Below, in pieces: positions 35,195-46,780 of a stretch of 64,000 bases of DNA (position 1 is the stretch's first letter; each line of letters starts with the position of its first letter). The notes below the pieces were generated by a model that was not told where the DNA came from, did not search any database, and saw only the letters and a list, made by a program, of their open reading frames with translations. Both the position numbers and the translations under genes were made by a program. The DNA is from Escherichia coli. GTDB taxonomy: Bacteria > Pseudomonadota > Gammaproteobacteria > Enterobacterales > Enterobacteriaceae. The stretch lies in assembly GCF_045037415.1 (NCBI RefSeq), contig NZ_CP173438.1; one strand, 5' to 3'.

Positions 35195-35962
35195 ATGATA
35201 AGGCAGGTTATCCAGCGAATAAGCAACCCTGAAGCAAGCATCGAGAGCTTGCAGGAACGGCGTTTTTGGTTGCAGTGTGAGCGTGCTTACACCTGGCAGC
35301 CGATCTATCAAACATGCGGGCGGTTAATGGCCGTGGAGCTATTAACGGTGGTCACGCATCCCTTGAACCCTTCGCAACGCCTGCCGCCGGATCGCTATTT
35401 TACTGAAATCACCGTTAGCCATCGGATGGAGGTTGTGAAAGAGCAGATTGATTTGCTGGCGCAAAAAGCCGACTTCTTTGTAGAGCACGGCCTGCTGGCA
35501 TCGGTCAATATTGATGGCCCTACGCTCATCGCCCTGCGTCAGCAACCAAAAATCCTGCGCCAGATTGAGGAGCTTCCCTGGCTGCGTTTCGAACTGGTGG
35601 AACACATCCGCCTGCCGAAAGATTCAACCTTTGCCTCGATGTGTGAATTTGGCCCGCTGTGGCTGGATGATTTTGGTACCGGGATGGCAAATTTCTCTGC
35701 ACTAAGTGAAGTGCGTTATGACTACATCAAAATCGCGCGAGAACTGTTTGTGATGCTGCGTCAGTCACCGGAAGGACGCACACTCTTTTCTCAGCTTTTA
35801 CATCTAATGAATCGCTATTGTCGCGGGGTGATTGTCGAGGGCGTAGAAACACCAGAAGAGTGGCGTGATGTTCAGAACTCGCCCGCATTCGCCGCACAAG
35901 GCTGGTTTCTTTCACGCCCGGCACCGATAGAAACGCTGAATACGGCGGTTCTGGCGCTATAA
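35195..35962 (+). CDS. pdeH: c-di-GMP phosphodiesterase PdeH (EAL domain)
   Basis: ORF 35150..35962 trimmed to ATG at 35195 (MIRQVIQRISNPEASIESLQERRFWLQCERAY...), 255 aa, EAL-only protein. Confidence 0.9.
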   Translation: MIRQVIQRISNPEASIESLQERRFWLQCERAYTWQPIYQTCGRLMAVELLTVVTHPLNPSQRLPPDRYFTEITVSHRMEVVKEQIDLLAQKADFFVEHGLLASVNIDGPTLIALRQQPKILRQIEELPWLRFELVEHIRLPKDSTFASMCEFGPLWLDDFGTGMANFSALSEVRYDYIKIARELFVMLRQSPEGRTLFSQLLHLMNRYCRGVIVEGVETPEEWRDVQNSPAFAAQGWFLSRPAPIETLNTAVLAL

Positions 35963-36031
35963 GCTGCCTCATTTTCCGCCTGGCTGGACTATCTTTAGGA
36001 CTGGCACAGAAAGAATATGAGGAAGCGAACG

Positions 36032-38092
36032 ATGAGCAAGGCAGGCAAAATAACCGCTGCGATTTCAGGGGCTTTCTTGTTGTTGATTGTCGTGGCGATC
36101 ATTTTGATTGCAACTTTTGACTGGAATCGACTCAAACCGACCATCAACCAGAAAGTCTCTGCGGAGTTGAATCGTCCGTTCGCTATCCGTGGCGATCTGG
36201 GCGTGGTGTGGGAGCGGCAAAAACAAGAAACTGGCTGGCGCAGCTGGGTGCCGTGGCCCCATGTACACGCGGAAGACATCATTCTTGGCAATCCACCGGA
36301 TATTCCCGAAGTCACAATGGTGCATTTGCCGCGAGTAGAAGCGACGCTGGCCCCGCTGGCGCTGCTGACCAAAACGGTCTGGTTGCCGTGGATCAAGCTC
36401 GAAAAGCCCGACGCGCGCCTGATTCGCCTCTCCGAAAAGAACAATAACTGGACGTTTAATCTCGCCAACGATGACAACAAAGACGCGAATGCAAAGCCGT
36501 CGGCGTGGTCGTTTCGGCTGGATAATATTCTGTTCGATCAAGGGCGGATCGCCATTGATGACAAAGTAAGCAAAGCGGATCTGGAAATTTTTGTCGATCC
36601 GTTAGGCAAGCCGCTGTCGTTCAGCGAAGTTACCGGATCGAAAGGTAAAGCGGATAAAGAAAAGGTGGGCGATTACGTTTTTGGCCTGAAGGCGCAGGGA
36701 CGTTATAACGGTGAACCGCTCACTGGTACGGGAAAAATAGGCGGTATGCTGGCGCTGCGTGGCGAAGGAACGCCGTTTCCGGTACAGGCTGATTTCCGCT
36801 CTGGTAACACCCGTGTTGCTTTTGATGGCGTTGTGAATGACCCAATGAAGATGGGGGGTGTCGATTTACGGCTTAAATTTTCTGGCGATTCGCTGGGTGA
36901 TCTCTATGAACTGACGGGCGTTCTGCTGCCCGATACACCGCCGTTTGAAACGGATGGTCGGCTGGTAGCGAAAATCGATACTGAAAAATCGTCGGTCTTT
37001 GATTATCGCGGTTTTAATGGGCGCATTGGCGATAGCGATATCCACGGTTCTCTGATCTACACCACCGGCAAGCCACGACCAAAACTGGAAGGTGATGTCG
37101 AGTCGCGGCAATTGCGGCTGGCGGACCTGGGACCGTTGATTGGCGTTGATTCCGGGAAAGGGGCAGAAAAGTCGAAACGGTCTGAACAGAAGAAGGGCGA
37201 AAAAAGCGTTCAGCCTGCGGGCAAAGTGCTGCCTTATGACCGCTTCGAAACCGATAAATGGGACGTTATGGATGCCGATGTTCGCTTCAAAGGGCGGCGC
37301 ATTGAGCATGGCAGCAGCCTGCCGATTAGCGATCTTTCTACTCATATCATCCTCAAAAATGCTGACCTGCGCCTGCAACCGCTGAAATTTGGCATAGCGG
37401 GCGGCAGCATTGCGGCGAATATTCATCTGGAAGGCGATAAAAAGCCGATGCAGGGGCGGGCAGATATTCAGGCTCGTCGACTGAAACTGAAAGAACTGAT
37501 GCCCGATGTAGAACTGATGCAGAAGACGCTGGGGGAAATGAACGGTGACGCGGAACTGCGCGGTAGCGGTAACTCGGTGGCGGCGCTTTTAGGCAACAGT
37601 AACGGCAACCTGAAACTGTTGATGAATGACGGGCTGGTGAGCCGCAACCTGATGGAGATTGTTGGGCTGAATGTCGGCAACTACATTGTCGGTGCGATAT
37701 TTGGTGATGATGAGGTGCGGGTGAACTGCGCGGCGGCGAATCTGGATATTGCCAACGGCGTGGCGCGCCCGCAGATTTTTGCTTTCGATACTGAGAACGC
37801 GTTGATTAACGTTACCGGTACGGCAAGTTTTGCTTCGGAACAGCTGGATTTGACTATTGATCCGGAGAGTAAAGGGATTCGGATTATCACATTGCGTTCG
37901 CCGCTGTATGTACGTGGGACGTTTAAAAATCCGCAGGCTGGGGTGAAAGCCGGGCCGTTGATTGCTCGCGGAGCCGTTGCGGCGGCACTGGCAACGCTGG
38001 TAACACCGGCGGCGGCGTTACTGGCGCTGATCTCACCTTCCGAAGGGGAGGCTAATCAGTGCAGGACAATTTTGTCGCAGATGAAGAAGTGA
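36032..38092 (+). CDS. yhjG: AsmA-family membrane protein YhjG
   Basis: ORF 36017..38092; preferred start is ATG at 36032 (MSKAGKITAAISGAFLLLIVVAI..., 686 aa), preceded by GAGGA. The ATG at 36017 is an alternative. Confidence 0.85.
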   Translation: MSKAGKITAAISGAFLLLIVVAIILIATFDWNRLKPTINQKVSAELNRPFAIRGDLGVVWERQKQETGWRSWVPWPHVHAEDIILGNPPDIPEVTMVHLPRVEATLAPLALLTKTVWLPWIKLEKPDARLIRLSEKNNNWTFNLANDDNKDANAKPSAWSFRLDNILFDQGRIAIDDKVSKADLEIFVDPLGKPLSFSEVTGSKGKADKEKVGDYVFGLKAQGRYNGEPLTGTGKIGGMLALRGEGTPFPVQADFRSGNTRVAFDGVVNDPMKMGGVDLRLKFSGDSLGDLYELTGVLLPDTPPFETDGRLVAKIDTEKSSVFDYRGFNGRIGDSDIHGSLIYTTGKPRPKLEGDVESRQLRLADLGPLIGVDSGKGAEKSKRSEQKKGEKSVQPAGKVLPYDRFETDKWDVMDADVRFKGRRIEHGSSLPISDLSTHIILKNADLRLQPLKFGIAGGSIAANIHLEGDKKPMQGRADIQARRLKLKELMPDVELMQKTLGEMNGDAELRGSGNSVAALLGNSNGNLKLLMNDGLVSRNLMEIVGLNVGNYIVGAIFGDDEVRVNCAAANLDIANGVARPQIFAFDTENALINVTGTASFASEQLDLTIDPESKGIRIITLRSPLYVRGTFKNPQAGVKAGPLIARGAVAAALATLVTPAAALLALISPSEGEANQCRTILSQMKK

Positions 38093-38099
38093 TGATAAT

Positions 38100-38262
38100 T
38101 GCCGGATGTCTGACATCCGGCAATTAAACAGATTTAGATTGTTGGCAAAGTGTGCTTTGTTCATGCCGGATGCGGCGTGAACGCCTCCGGCTTACAAATC
38201 CTTGCGAATTCAATATATTGTATGGAAATTCTGGCCTGATAAGCGTAGCGCATCAGGCTTTT
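38100..38262. repeat. REP elements in the yhjG-yhjE intergenic region
   Basis: GCCGGATGTCTGACATCCGGC, TGCCGGATGCGGCGTGAACGCCTCCGGC and GCCTGATAAGCGTAGCGCATCAGGC palindromic units. Confidence 0.5.
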
Positions 38263-38270
38263 CACTCTTA

Positions 38271-39593
38271 TTACAACGACTGATGTCGCGTCTCATGGGT
38301 CAGCAGCAGGGCGATTAACGTCAAGCCAGCCATCGCCGCCAGATATAGCCCCACCGCACCTAACCCGTAGTTAGTCTGCAACCAGGCTGCGATATACGGC
38401 GCAACGGAAGCCCCGAGAATCGACGATACGTTGTAAGAGAACGATGCTCCGGTGTAACGCACTTCTGTCGGGAACAGCTCTGGTAACAGCGCGCCCATCG
38501 GACCGAAGGTCAGCCCCATCAGACTTAACCCCAGCAGCAGAAAGGCAAAAACCAGAATCGGGTTGCCAGAACCGAGCAAAGGGGTAAAGGCGAATAGCGC
38601 GAACAGGATGATCAGCGTGGTGATGATCACCATGCTTTTACGGCGACCAAAGGCATCAGCCAGTAATCCGGCGACTGGCACCATCACGCCAAAACCAATA
38701 ACTGCCATCATCAGCATCCACAACACTTCGTTACGCGGCAGGCCAAGCCCAACTGGCGCGGCGGCGGTACTAAAGGTCATAGAGTAGACCGTCATGATGT
38801 AAAACAGCGTATAGGTTGCCAGCATAATGAACGTACCCAGTACGGTTACGCGAACATGTTTGGTCAGCAGCGTACCCAGCGGGATCTTCACCTGTTTTTT
38901 CGCTTTAGCGACTTTCTCAAACACCGGCGACTCATGCAGCGACACGCGAACATACAGGCCGATAATGACCAGCACCGCCGAGAAGATAAATGGCACACGC
39001 CAGCCCCAGCTCATAAACTGCTCGTCGGTCAGTAGCCAGGAAAGCAGCAAGAAAGTGCCGTTGGCAAAGAAGAAGCCAATCGGTGCGCCCAGCTGCGGGA
39101 AGGAGCCGTACAATGCACGTTTGCGCGGTGGGGCGTTTTCAGTCGCCAGCAGCGCCGCGCCGCCCCATTCACCACCTAAGCCCAGACCCTGACCAAATCG
39201 AGCCAGCGCCAGCAGCAGCGGGGCGAAAATACCAATCGTGGCATAGCCTGGCAGCAGACCAATCACCACGGTCGAAATCCCCATCGTTAGCAACGAGGCG
39301 ACCAGCGTCGCTTTACGCCCAACGCGATCGCCAAAATGACCAAAAACGGCAGAGCCAATGGGGCGCGCGACGAAGGCGATGGCGAAGGTGGCGAGCGACT
39401 GTAGCGTTGCTGCCGTTGGATCGCCCTGCGGGAAGAAGATATGCGGAAACACAATAACGGCCGCAGTGGCGTAAATGTAAAAGTCGAAGAACTCAATGGC
39501 CGTGCCAATGAGAGAGGCGACAAGGACTTTATTACGCGAGTTGATCGGCGTGTATTCTTGCTCGTGGTCGAGTGTTGTGGCTGTTGCTTGCAT
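38271..39593 (-). CDS. yhjE: MFS-family metabolite:H+ symporter YhjE
   Basis: 440 aa multi-TM transporter (MQATATTLDHEQEYTPINSRNKVLVASLIGTAIEFFDFY...). Confidence 0.9.
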   Translation of the reverse strand: MQATATTLDHEQEYTPINSRNKVLVASLIGTAIEFFDFYIYATAAVIVFPHIFFPQGDPTAATLQSLATFAIAFVARPIGSAVFGHFGDRVGRKATLVASLLTMGISTVVIGLLPGYATIGIFAPLLLALARFGQGLGLGGEWGGAALLATENAPPRKRALYGSFPQLGAPIGFFFANGTFLLLSWLLTDEQFMSWGWRVPFIFSAVLVIIGLYVRVSLHESPVFEKVAKAKKQVKIPLGTLLTKHVRVTVLGTFIMLATYTLFYIMTVYSMTFSTAAAPVGLGLPRNEVLWMLMMAVIGFGVMVPVAGLLADAFGRRKSMVIITTLIILFALFAFTPLLGSGNPILVFAFLLLGLSLMGLTFGPMGALLPELFPTEVRYTGASFSYNVSSILGASVAPYIAAWLQTNYGLGAVGLYLAAMAGLTLIALLLTHETRHQSL

Positions 39594-39894
39594 AATCTTT
39601 TCTTATTTTTTGGCTAACGAATAGCCATATTACGCACAGCAAAAGTGATATTTCAATGTGTAACAAATCGCGGAAATGGTCAAAAATCAGGCAAAAAGGG
39701 AATAATGTTTAGGCCAGTGATTTTTCTTCTATGAAATGCTTCACATAATTTTATAAATGGTGGATTAAACTGGTTTTAGGTTAAATAAAAGTTACCAACT
39801 GGATTTATATGCTGGGGTTATGAGTTGGAATGAAATTGTTTGCTCCTGAATAGATGGCTAAAGAGGCTCTGGGAAAGAGTTTCAAGAGGTTATG

Positions 39895-39990
39895 TGCGCA
39901 TTATAGCCGGATGCGATGCTGGCGCATCTTATCCGGCCTACGGGGAGCCAGGCCGGATAAATTCGTACGCCGCATCCGGCCTATTTTAAG
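39895..39990. repeat. REP elements in the yhjE-yhjD intergenic region
   Basis: GCCGGATGCGATGCTGGCGCATCTTATCCGGCCTAC and GCCGGATAAATTCGTACGCCGCATCCGGCC palindromic units. Confidence 0.5.
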
Positions 39991-40999
39991 GCTGTGTTTT
40001 CCCCGGCATTCGCGGGTCGTCTTTATATTCGGCGGTGGCAATCCACGCCGCGCAAAACAGCGTCAAACGGGCGAAGAAGTAGAAAAATGCCATCAGCCCC
40101 AGCACGGAACCAAATGCTGCGCCAGAGGGTGATTTCATCAACGATGGCAGGGTGTAGGTCATCACGATTTTAATCACTTCAAAACCAATAGCAGCCAGAA
40201 ATGTTCCGCGGATCAGGGCTTTTTTGCGCGGACGGTGGCGCGGCAACCGCCAGAAGATCCAGAAGAAAAGCAGATAGTTGGCGAAGATGGAAATCGCCAC
40301 GCCAATCAACCGCCATGTCGGTTTCAGCCACTCAATGCTGTTCAGGTGCAGGGCGCTAATAATCATTTGCTGCGCAGAACCGGCAACCGAGGTGATAGAA
40401 AGCGTCACAATCAGCGCAATCAACAAACCAATCAGCGAAATAAAATCACGCAGATATTTTACCCAGAACTTCTCCTGATCTTGCGGCGAGCGTTCCCAGA
40501 CATCGCGTGACTGGGCGCGAATCGCTTCACGCAGGTTACCCATCCAGTTGATGCCGGAATAAAGTGCCACTGCCAGACCGACAAGCCCTACAGTCGTACG
40601 CTGCTGAACGGCGGTGTTGATGGTGTTTTTCAATGTGGCGGCTAGCGTCGGATCGCTGATGTTTTGCAGAATTTTGTCGAAGATATCCTGTAGCAACATC
40701 GGATGGGAGGCGAGCACAAAGCCCCCTGCGGCAAACGACACCATCAAAATGGGGATCATCGACAAAAATGAGAAATAGGTGATAGCCGCACCAAACTGGT
40801 TACCCAGCCGATCGTTAAAGCGTTCTGTCGCGCGAATCAGGTGCGCAATAACCGGTTGGCGTTGGACTTTCTCGGCAGTGGTGGTGACGGTTTCCAGCGC
40901 CTGGCTAACTTTGCCGCCTTTCTCGCTATTATCCAACTGCTTAATCGGCTCGTGCTCCAGATCCTGGGTGGGACGTTTGATCTCGTTTTCCTGCGTCAT
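39986..40999 (-). CDS. yhjD: Inner membrane protein YhjD (YihY/virulence-factor BrkB family)
   Basis: ORF 39986..41083 trimmed to ATG at 40999 (MTQENEIKRPTQDLEHEPIKQLDNSEKGG...), 337 aa, multi-TM. Confidence 0.85.
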   Translation of the reverse strand: MTQENEIKRPTQDLEHEPIKQLDNSEKGGKVSQALETVTTTAEKVQRQPVIAHLIRATERFNDRLGNQFGAAITYFSFLSMIPILMVSFAAGGFVLASHPMLLQDIFDKILQNISDPTLAATLKNTINTAVQQRTTVGLVGLAVALYSGINWMGNLREAIRAQSRDVWERSPQDQEKFWVKYLRDFISLIGLLIALIVTLSITSVAGSAQQMIISALHLNSIEWLKPTWRLIGVAISIFANYLLFFWIFWRLPRHRPRKKALIRGTFLAAIGFEVIKIVMTYTLPSLMKSPSGAAFGSVLGLMAFFYFFARLTLFCAAWIATAEYKDDPRMPGKTQP

Positions 41000-41046
41000 C
41001 CGCTCTTTTGTCCTTCTGTCGTGGTCATTCTTAAAAGTATAGTCGG

Positions 41047-41946
41047 TCAGTCCAGGTACTCTTTCATTACGCCAGCCAGCCACTGCATAAACAGGTTTAC
41101 ACGCCGGGAAAGCTCCCGACGCTGCGGATAAACCAGTGAAAGGGACAGCGGCTCGGCACGGTAGCCAGGCAACACTTCAATAAGCCGCCCGGCACGCAGG
41201 GCTTCGCGCACGGCAATGCGCGGGATCTGAATAATCCCCAGACCGGCAAGACCGGCGGCGAGATAGTTTTCGCTACTGTTTACCGTCAACATGCTGCCAG
41301 ACTTAAACCACTGGACGCCATTAACGCTGGCAACCTCAAAACCTAACGGATGTACACCCAGGTGCGGTGTATAACGCACTATTGCGTGTGAAGTCAGATC
41401 ATCGGGGCTTTGCGGATAACCAAAGCGCGTCAGATAGTGCGGACTGGCACAGTTGACCATGGTCAGTTTACCGAGGGGACGGGCGATAACGCCATCTTCC
41501 GGTAATGCGCCAGTGCGTATCACGCAATCAAAACCATCATGAAGAATATCTACCGGACGGTCATGGCTACTCAGTTCCAGCTCAATTCCCGGATGCAGAT
41601 AGAGAAATTCCGACAAGCGCGGCAGTAACAGGCTTTTCGCGATTCCTGACGGGATGTCGATGCGTAATTTACCGCTGATACTGGTGGCATCCTGTTGAAA
41701 CAGACCGTCCAGTTCGCTGAGATTACTCAACACATCTTTTGCTCGTTGATAATAGGTCATGCCTTCTGGCGTGAGTTTGACCCGTCGCGTGGTGCGCTGG
41801 AGAAGCTGGGTGCCAAGTTGATGTTCCAGTGCCTGTATCTGGCGCGAAACACTTCCCTTTGGCAAAGCAAAGAAATCCGCCGCGCGGGAAAAACTTTCCA
41901 GCTCCGCGACTTTGATGAACAACTGCATTGCGTGAATTTTATCCAT
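41047..41946 (-). CDS. yhjC: LysR-family transcriptional regulator YhjC
   Basis: ORF 41047..42018 trimmed to ATG at 41946 (MDKIHAMQLFIKVAELESFSRAADFFALPKGSVSRQIQALE...), 299 aa, N-terminal HTH. Confidence 0.85.
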   Translation of the reverse strand: MDKIHAMQLFIKVAELESFSRAADFFALPKGSVSRQIQALEHQLGTQLLQRTTRRVKLTPEGMTYYQRAKDVLSNLSELDGLFQQDATSISGKLRIDIPSGIAKSLLLPRLSEFLYLHPGIELELSSHDRPVDILHDGFDCVIRTGALPEDGVIARPLGKLTMVNCASPHYLTRFGYPQSPDDLTSHAIVRYTPHLGVHPLGFEVASVNGVQWFKSGSMLTVNSSENYLAAGLAGLGIIQIPRIAVREALRAGRLIEVLPGYRAEPLSLSLVYPQRRELSRRVNLFMQWLAGVMKEYLD

Positions 41947-42465
41947 TTCTTTGACCGATTGTTGTTCACAACGAAACAGTAGCGTGCATATCGCATTGTT
42001 TATTGTTTTTTCTAACATCTAATGCCGGGTTTCACAATGTTGTCATGATGAATGTGGCGATTTCTCAGCAGGAAAAGGGAGGAATAGCTTTATGAGAAAG
42101 GTAAATTCCCTTAAACAGAGCGTATTTTTCAGCGATTCCCTTTAAAGTGAATAGAAGATGTATTGGCTATTTGTGCTTATTTTTATCTCATTGCCGTTTG
42201 TTATTTTTGTTTATGGTCGCGGAATTTCATTTTTAATTGCATGCGTACTAACTACCGATATAAGGAAATCCTCAAAAATGTTTTAAATAGTGCCCTCGAC
42301 ATGTAATTTCAGGCGTTTAGCTGTAACTATTTATATCGGTAACTATTTTCTACGTGTCATCTCTGTAGAATGGCCACCGCCAAATGGCGAATTCTTATTT
42401 TTTCTCGCGGGTAATACCCTTCCACTACTTAAGTCTTTTTAACGTATTCAGGTGGAGATTCAGTT

Positions 42466-43068
42466 ATGCAAATAGTCATGTTTGACAGGCAGTCAATATT
42501 TATTCATGGAATGAAAATCAGTTTACAGCATCGTATTCCAGGAGTGAGTATTCAGGGGGCCAGTCAGGCAGACGAGTTATGGCAAAAGCTGGAAAGTTAC
42601 CCTGAAGCCTTAGTGATGCTCGATGGCGATCAGGATGGTGAGTTTTGCTACTGGTTGCTGCAAAAAACTGTGGTGCAATTTCCTGAGGTTAAGGTGTTAA
42701 TTACGGCGACGGATTGCAACAAACGGTGGTTACAGGAAGTTATTCATTTTAATGTGCTGGCCATTGTGCCTCGTGATTCAACCGTCGAGACATTTGCGTT
42801 GGCGGTAAATAGTGCGGCGATGGGGATGATGTTTCTGCCTGGAGACTGGCGAACGACGCCGGAAAAGGACATTAAAGATCTCAAATCGTTAAGCGCCCGC
42901 CAGCGGGAGATTTTAACCATGTTAGCGGCGGGCGAATCAAATAAAGAGATCGGCAGGGCGCTGAATATCAGTACCGGAACGGTAAAAGCGCATCTGGAAT
43001 CACTGTATCGCCGTCTGGAAGTCAAAAATCGCACCCAGGCGGCAATGATGTTAAATATCTCCTCCTGA
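42466..43068 (+). CDS. yhjB: LuxR/FixJ-family response-regulator-like transcription factor YhjB
   Basis: 200 aa with C-terminal LuxR-type HTH (LSARQREILTMLAAGESNKEIGRALNISTGTVKAHL). Confidence 0.85.
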   Translation: MQIVMFDRQSIFIHGMKISLQHRIPGVSIQGASQADELWQKLESYPEALVMLDGDQDGEFCYWLLQKTVVQFPEVKVLITATDCNKRWLQEVIHFNVLAIVPRDSTVETFALAVNSAAMGMMFLPGDWRTTPEKDIKDLKSLSARQREILTMLAAGESNKEIGRALNISTGTVKAHLESLYRRLEVKNRTQAAMMLNISS

Positions 43069-43118
43069 AGAGGATAATTTTACAGCCAGCAGGAAGTTAG
43101 CGGCTGGCTGTAAAAATA

Positions 43119-44798
<1,680 letters not shown>

Positions 44799-45051
44799 TT
44801 ATCGGGCTTTTCTTTAAGGGTAGTCATTCGCTCCGCCTGGTGGGCGACAAAGCGTGCGGTGGATCACGTTTATTAACCTGCCAAAAAATATAACGCACTA
44901 ATATCAATGGAATTTATAAAAATACGGATTTCGTGTTGTTTTTCATTTTCAGAACATTCAATCCTGCTCTCGCCGCAATCATGATATGCCATTCCTGATC
45001 TGGGTAATAGGCACTGGCTATCTTATTGATAGTTTATATTCATGTAATTGA

Positions 45052-45065
45052 TTGATTCCTATCAA
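45052..45065 (+). promoter_or_regulatory. Candidate FNR binding site (TTGAT-TCCT-ATCAA) upstream of ccp
   Basis: Perfect match to the FNR consensus TTGAT-N4-ATCAA about 110 bp upstream of the ccp start; ccp (yhjA) is known to be FNR- and OxyR-dependent. Confidence 0.5.
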
Positions 45066-45172
45066 AAAGCATATCTCCCTGTTTTTTATGATGGCTTTGT
45101 CTCGCAGAGACGTTTGCAGCATTCTGGAAAATTTTCTGGGTCACAATAACTCACTACCGTGAGGGAAGAATA

Positions 45173-46570
45173 ATGAAAATGGTCTCACGTATTACCGCGA
45201 TCGGCCTGGCTGGCGTCGCGATTTGCTATTTAGGGTTATCTGGTTATGTGTGGTACCACGATAATAAACGCAGTAAACAGGCCGATGTTCAGGCATCTGC
45301 TGTCAGTGAAAATAATAAGGTTTTAGGCTTTCTCCGCGAAAAAGGATGCGATTATTGCCATACGCCTTCGGCAGAATTACCCGCCTATTATTATATTCCC
45401 GGCGCGAAACAGTTGATGGATTACGACATAAAGCTTGGATATAAATCTTTTAACCTCGAGGCCGTGCGTGCGGCTCTGCTGGCTAATAAACCCGTTTCGC
45501 AAAGCGATCTGAATAAGATTGAATGGGTGATGCAGTATGAAACTATGCCGCCAACGCGTTATACCGCGCTACACTGGGCGGGTAAGGTGAGTGATGAAGA
45601 GCGGGCGGAAATACTGGCCTGGATTGCAAAACAGCGCGCGGAATATTACGCCAGCAATGATACTGCTCCGGAGCATCGCAATGAACCGGTGCAGCCCATC
45701 CCGCAAAAACTGCCTACCGATGCGCAAAAAGTGGCGTTGGGTTTTGCGCTGTATCACGATCCCCGTTTATCGGCGGATAGCACCATTTCATGCGCTCATT
45801 GCCATGCGTTGAATGCGGGGGGCGTCGATGGCAGAAAAACATCGATTGGTGTTGGTGGCGCAGTTGGGCCGATTAACGCGCCGACGGTATTTAACTCAGT
45901 ATTTAACGTTGAGCAGTTCTGGGATGGTCGTGCGGCAACATTGCAGGATCAGGCTGGTGGACCGCCGTTGAACCCGATTGAAATGGCGTCGAAATCCTGG
46001 GACGAAATTATTGCTAAGCTGGAAAAAGATCCGCAGCTTAAAGCGCAGTTCCTCGAAGTCTATCCGCAAGGTTTCAGTGGCGAAAATATTACTGATGCCA
46101 TTGCTGAATTTGAGAAAACATTAATTACGCCGGATTCCCCATTTGATAAATGGTTGCGTGGAGATGAGAATGCTCTGACGGCGCAACAGAAAAAAGGCTA
46201 TCAATTATTTAAAGATAATAAATGTGCAACTTGTCATGGTGGTATTATTCTCGGCGGACGTTCCTTTGAACCGTTGGGGCTGAAAAAAGACTTTAACTTT
46301 GGTGAAATTACGGCGGCGGATATTGGTCGTATGAATGTTACTAAAGAAGAGCGTGATAAATTGCGTCAGAAAGTACCCGGTTTACGTAACGTTGCTTTAA
46401 CGGCACCGTACTTCCATCGCGGTGACGTGCCGACGCTGGACGGGGCAGTGAAACTGATGCTGCGCTATCAGGTAGGCAAAGAGCTGCCGCAGGAGGATGT
46501 GGATGATATCGTAGCTTTCCTGCACAGTCTGAACGGGGTTTACATGCCGTATATGCAGGATAAACAATAA
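45173..46570 (+). CDS. ccp: Di-heme cytochrome c peroxidase
   Basis: 465 aa with N-terminal TM and CxxCH heme-binding motifs (CDYCH, CAHCH, CATCH); recognised as YhjA/Ccp. Confidence 0.9.
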   Translation: MKMVSRITAIGLAGVAICYLGLSGYVWYHDNKRSKQADVQASAVSENNKVLGFLREKGCDYCHTPSAELPAYYYIPGAKQLMDYDIKLGYKSFNLEAVRAALLANKPVSQSDLNKIEWVMQYETMPPTRYTALHWAGKVSDEERAEILAWIAKQRAEYYASNDTAPEHRNEPVQPIPQKLPTDAQKVALGFALYHDPRLSADSTISCAHCHALNAGGVDGRKTSIGVGGAVGPINAPTVFNSVFNVEQFWDGRAATLQDQAGGPPLNPIEMASKSWDEIIAKLEKDPQLKAQFLEVYPQGFSGENITDAIAEFEKTLITPDSPFDKWLRGDENALTAQQKKGYQLFKDNKCATCHGGIILGGRSFEPLGLKKDFNFGEITAADIGRMNVTKEERDKLRQKVPGLRNVALTAPYFHRGDVPTLDGAVKLMLRYQVGKELPQEDVDDIVAFLHSLNGVYMPYMQDKQ

Positions 46571-46681
46571 TTAATTTGATCGCCCGAACAGGAGTGTTTG
46601 GGCGATTTTTATTACGATAATAAAGTCTGTTTTTAATATTATCATATTAAATGTTTATATTATAAAAGGTCGTTTTTCTGC

Positions 46682-46701
46682 TTAGGATTTTGTTATTTAA
46701 A
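46682..46701 (+). promoter_or_regulatory. GAD box (GadE-dependent activation site) upstream of gadA
   Basis: Exact 20-bp TTAGGATTTTGTTATTTAAA about 80 bp upstream of the gadA ATG, matching the described GAD box of gadA/gadBC promoters. Confidence 0.6.
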
Positions 46702-46780
46702 TTAAGCCTGTAATGCCTTGCTTCCATTGCGGATAAATCCTACTTTTTTATTGCCTTCAAATAAATTTAAGGAGTTCGAA

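Noticed and set aside
34034-35311. Long N-terminal extensions in ORF-track entries (kdgK 425 aa; also gadA, gadE, bcsA, bcsB, yhjD, yhjC, yhjV, chuV, pdeH)
   Set aside because: Upstream in-frame sequence lacks ribosome-binding sites, and the known protein N-termini begin at internal ATG codons with appropriate upstream signals; trimmed in the feature list.
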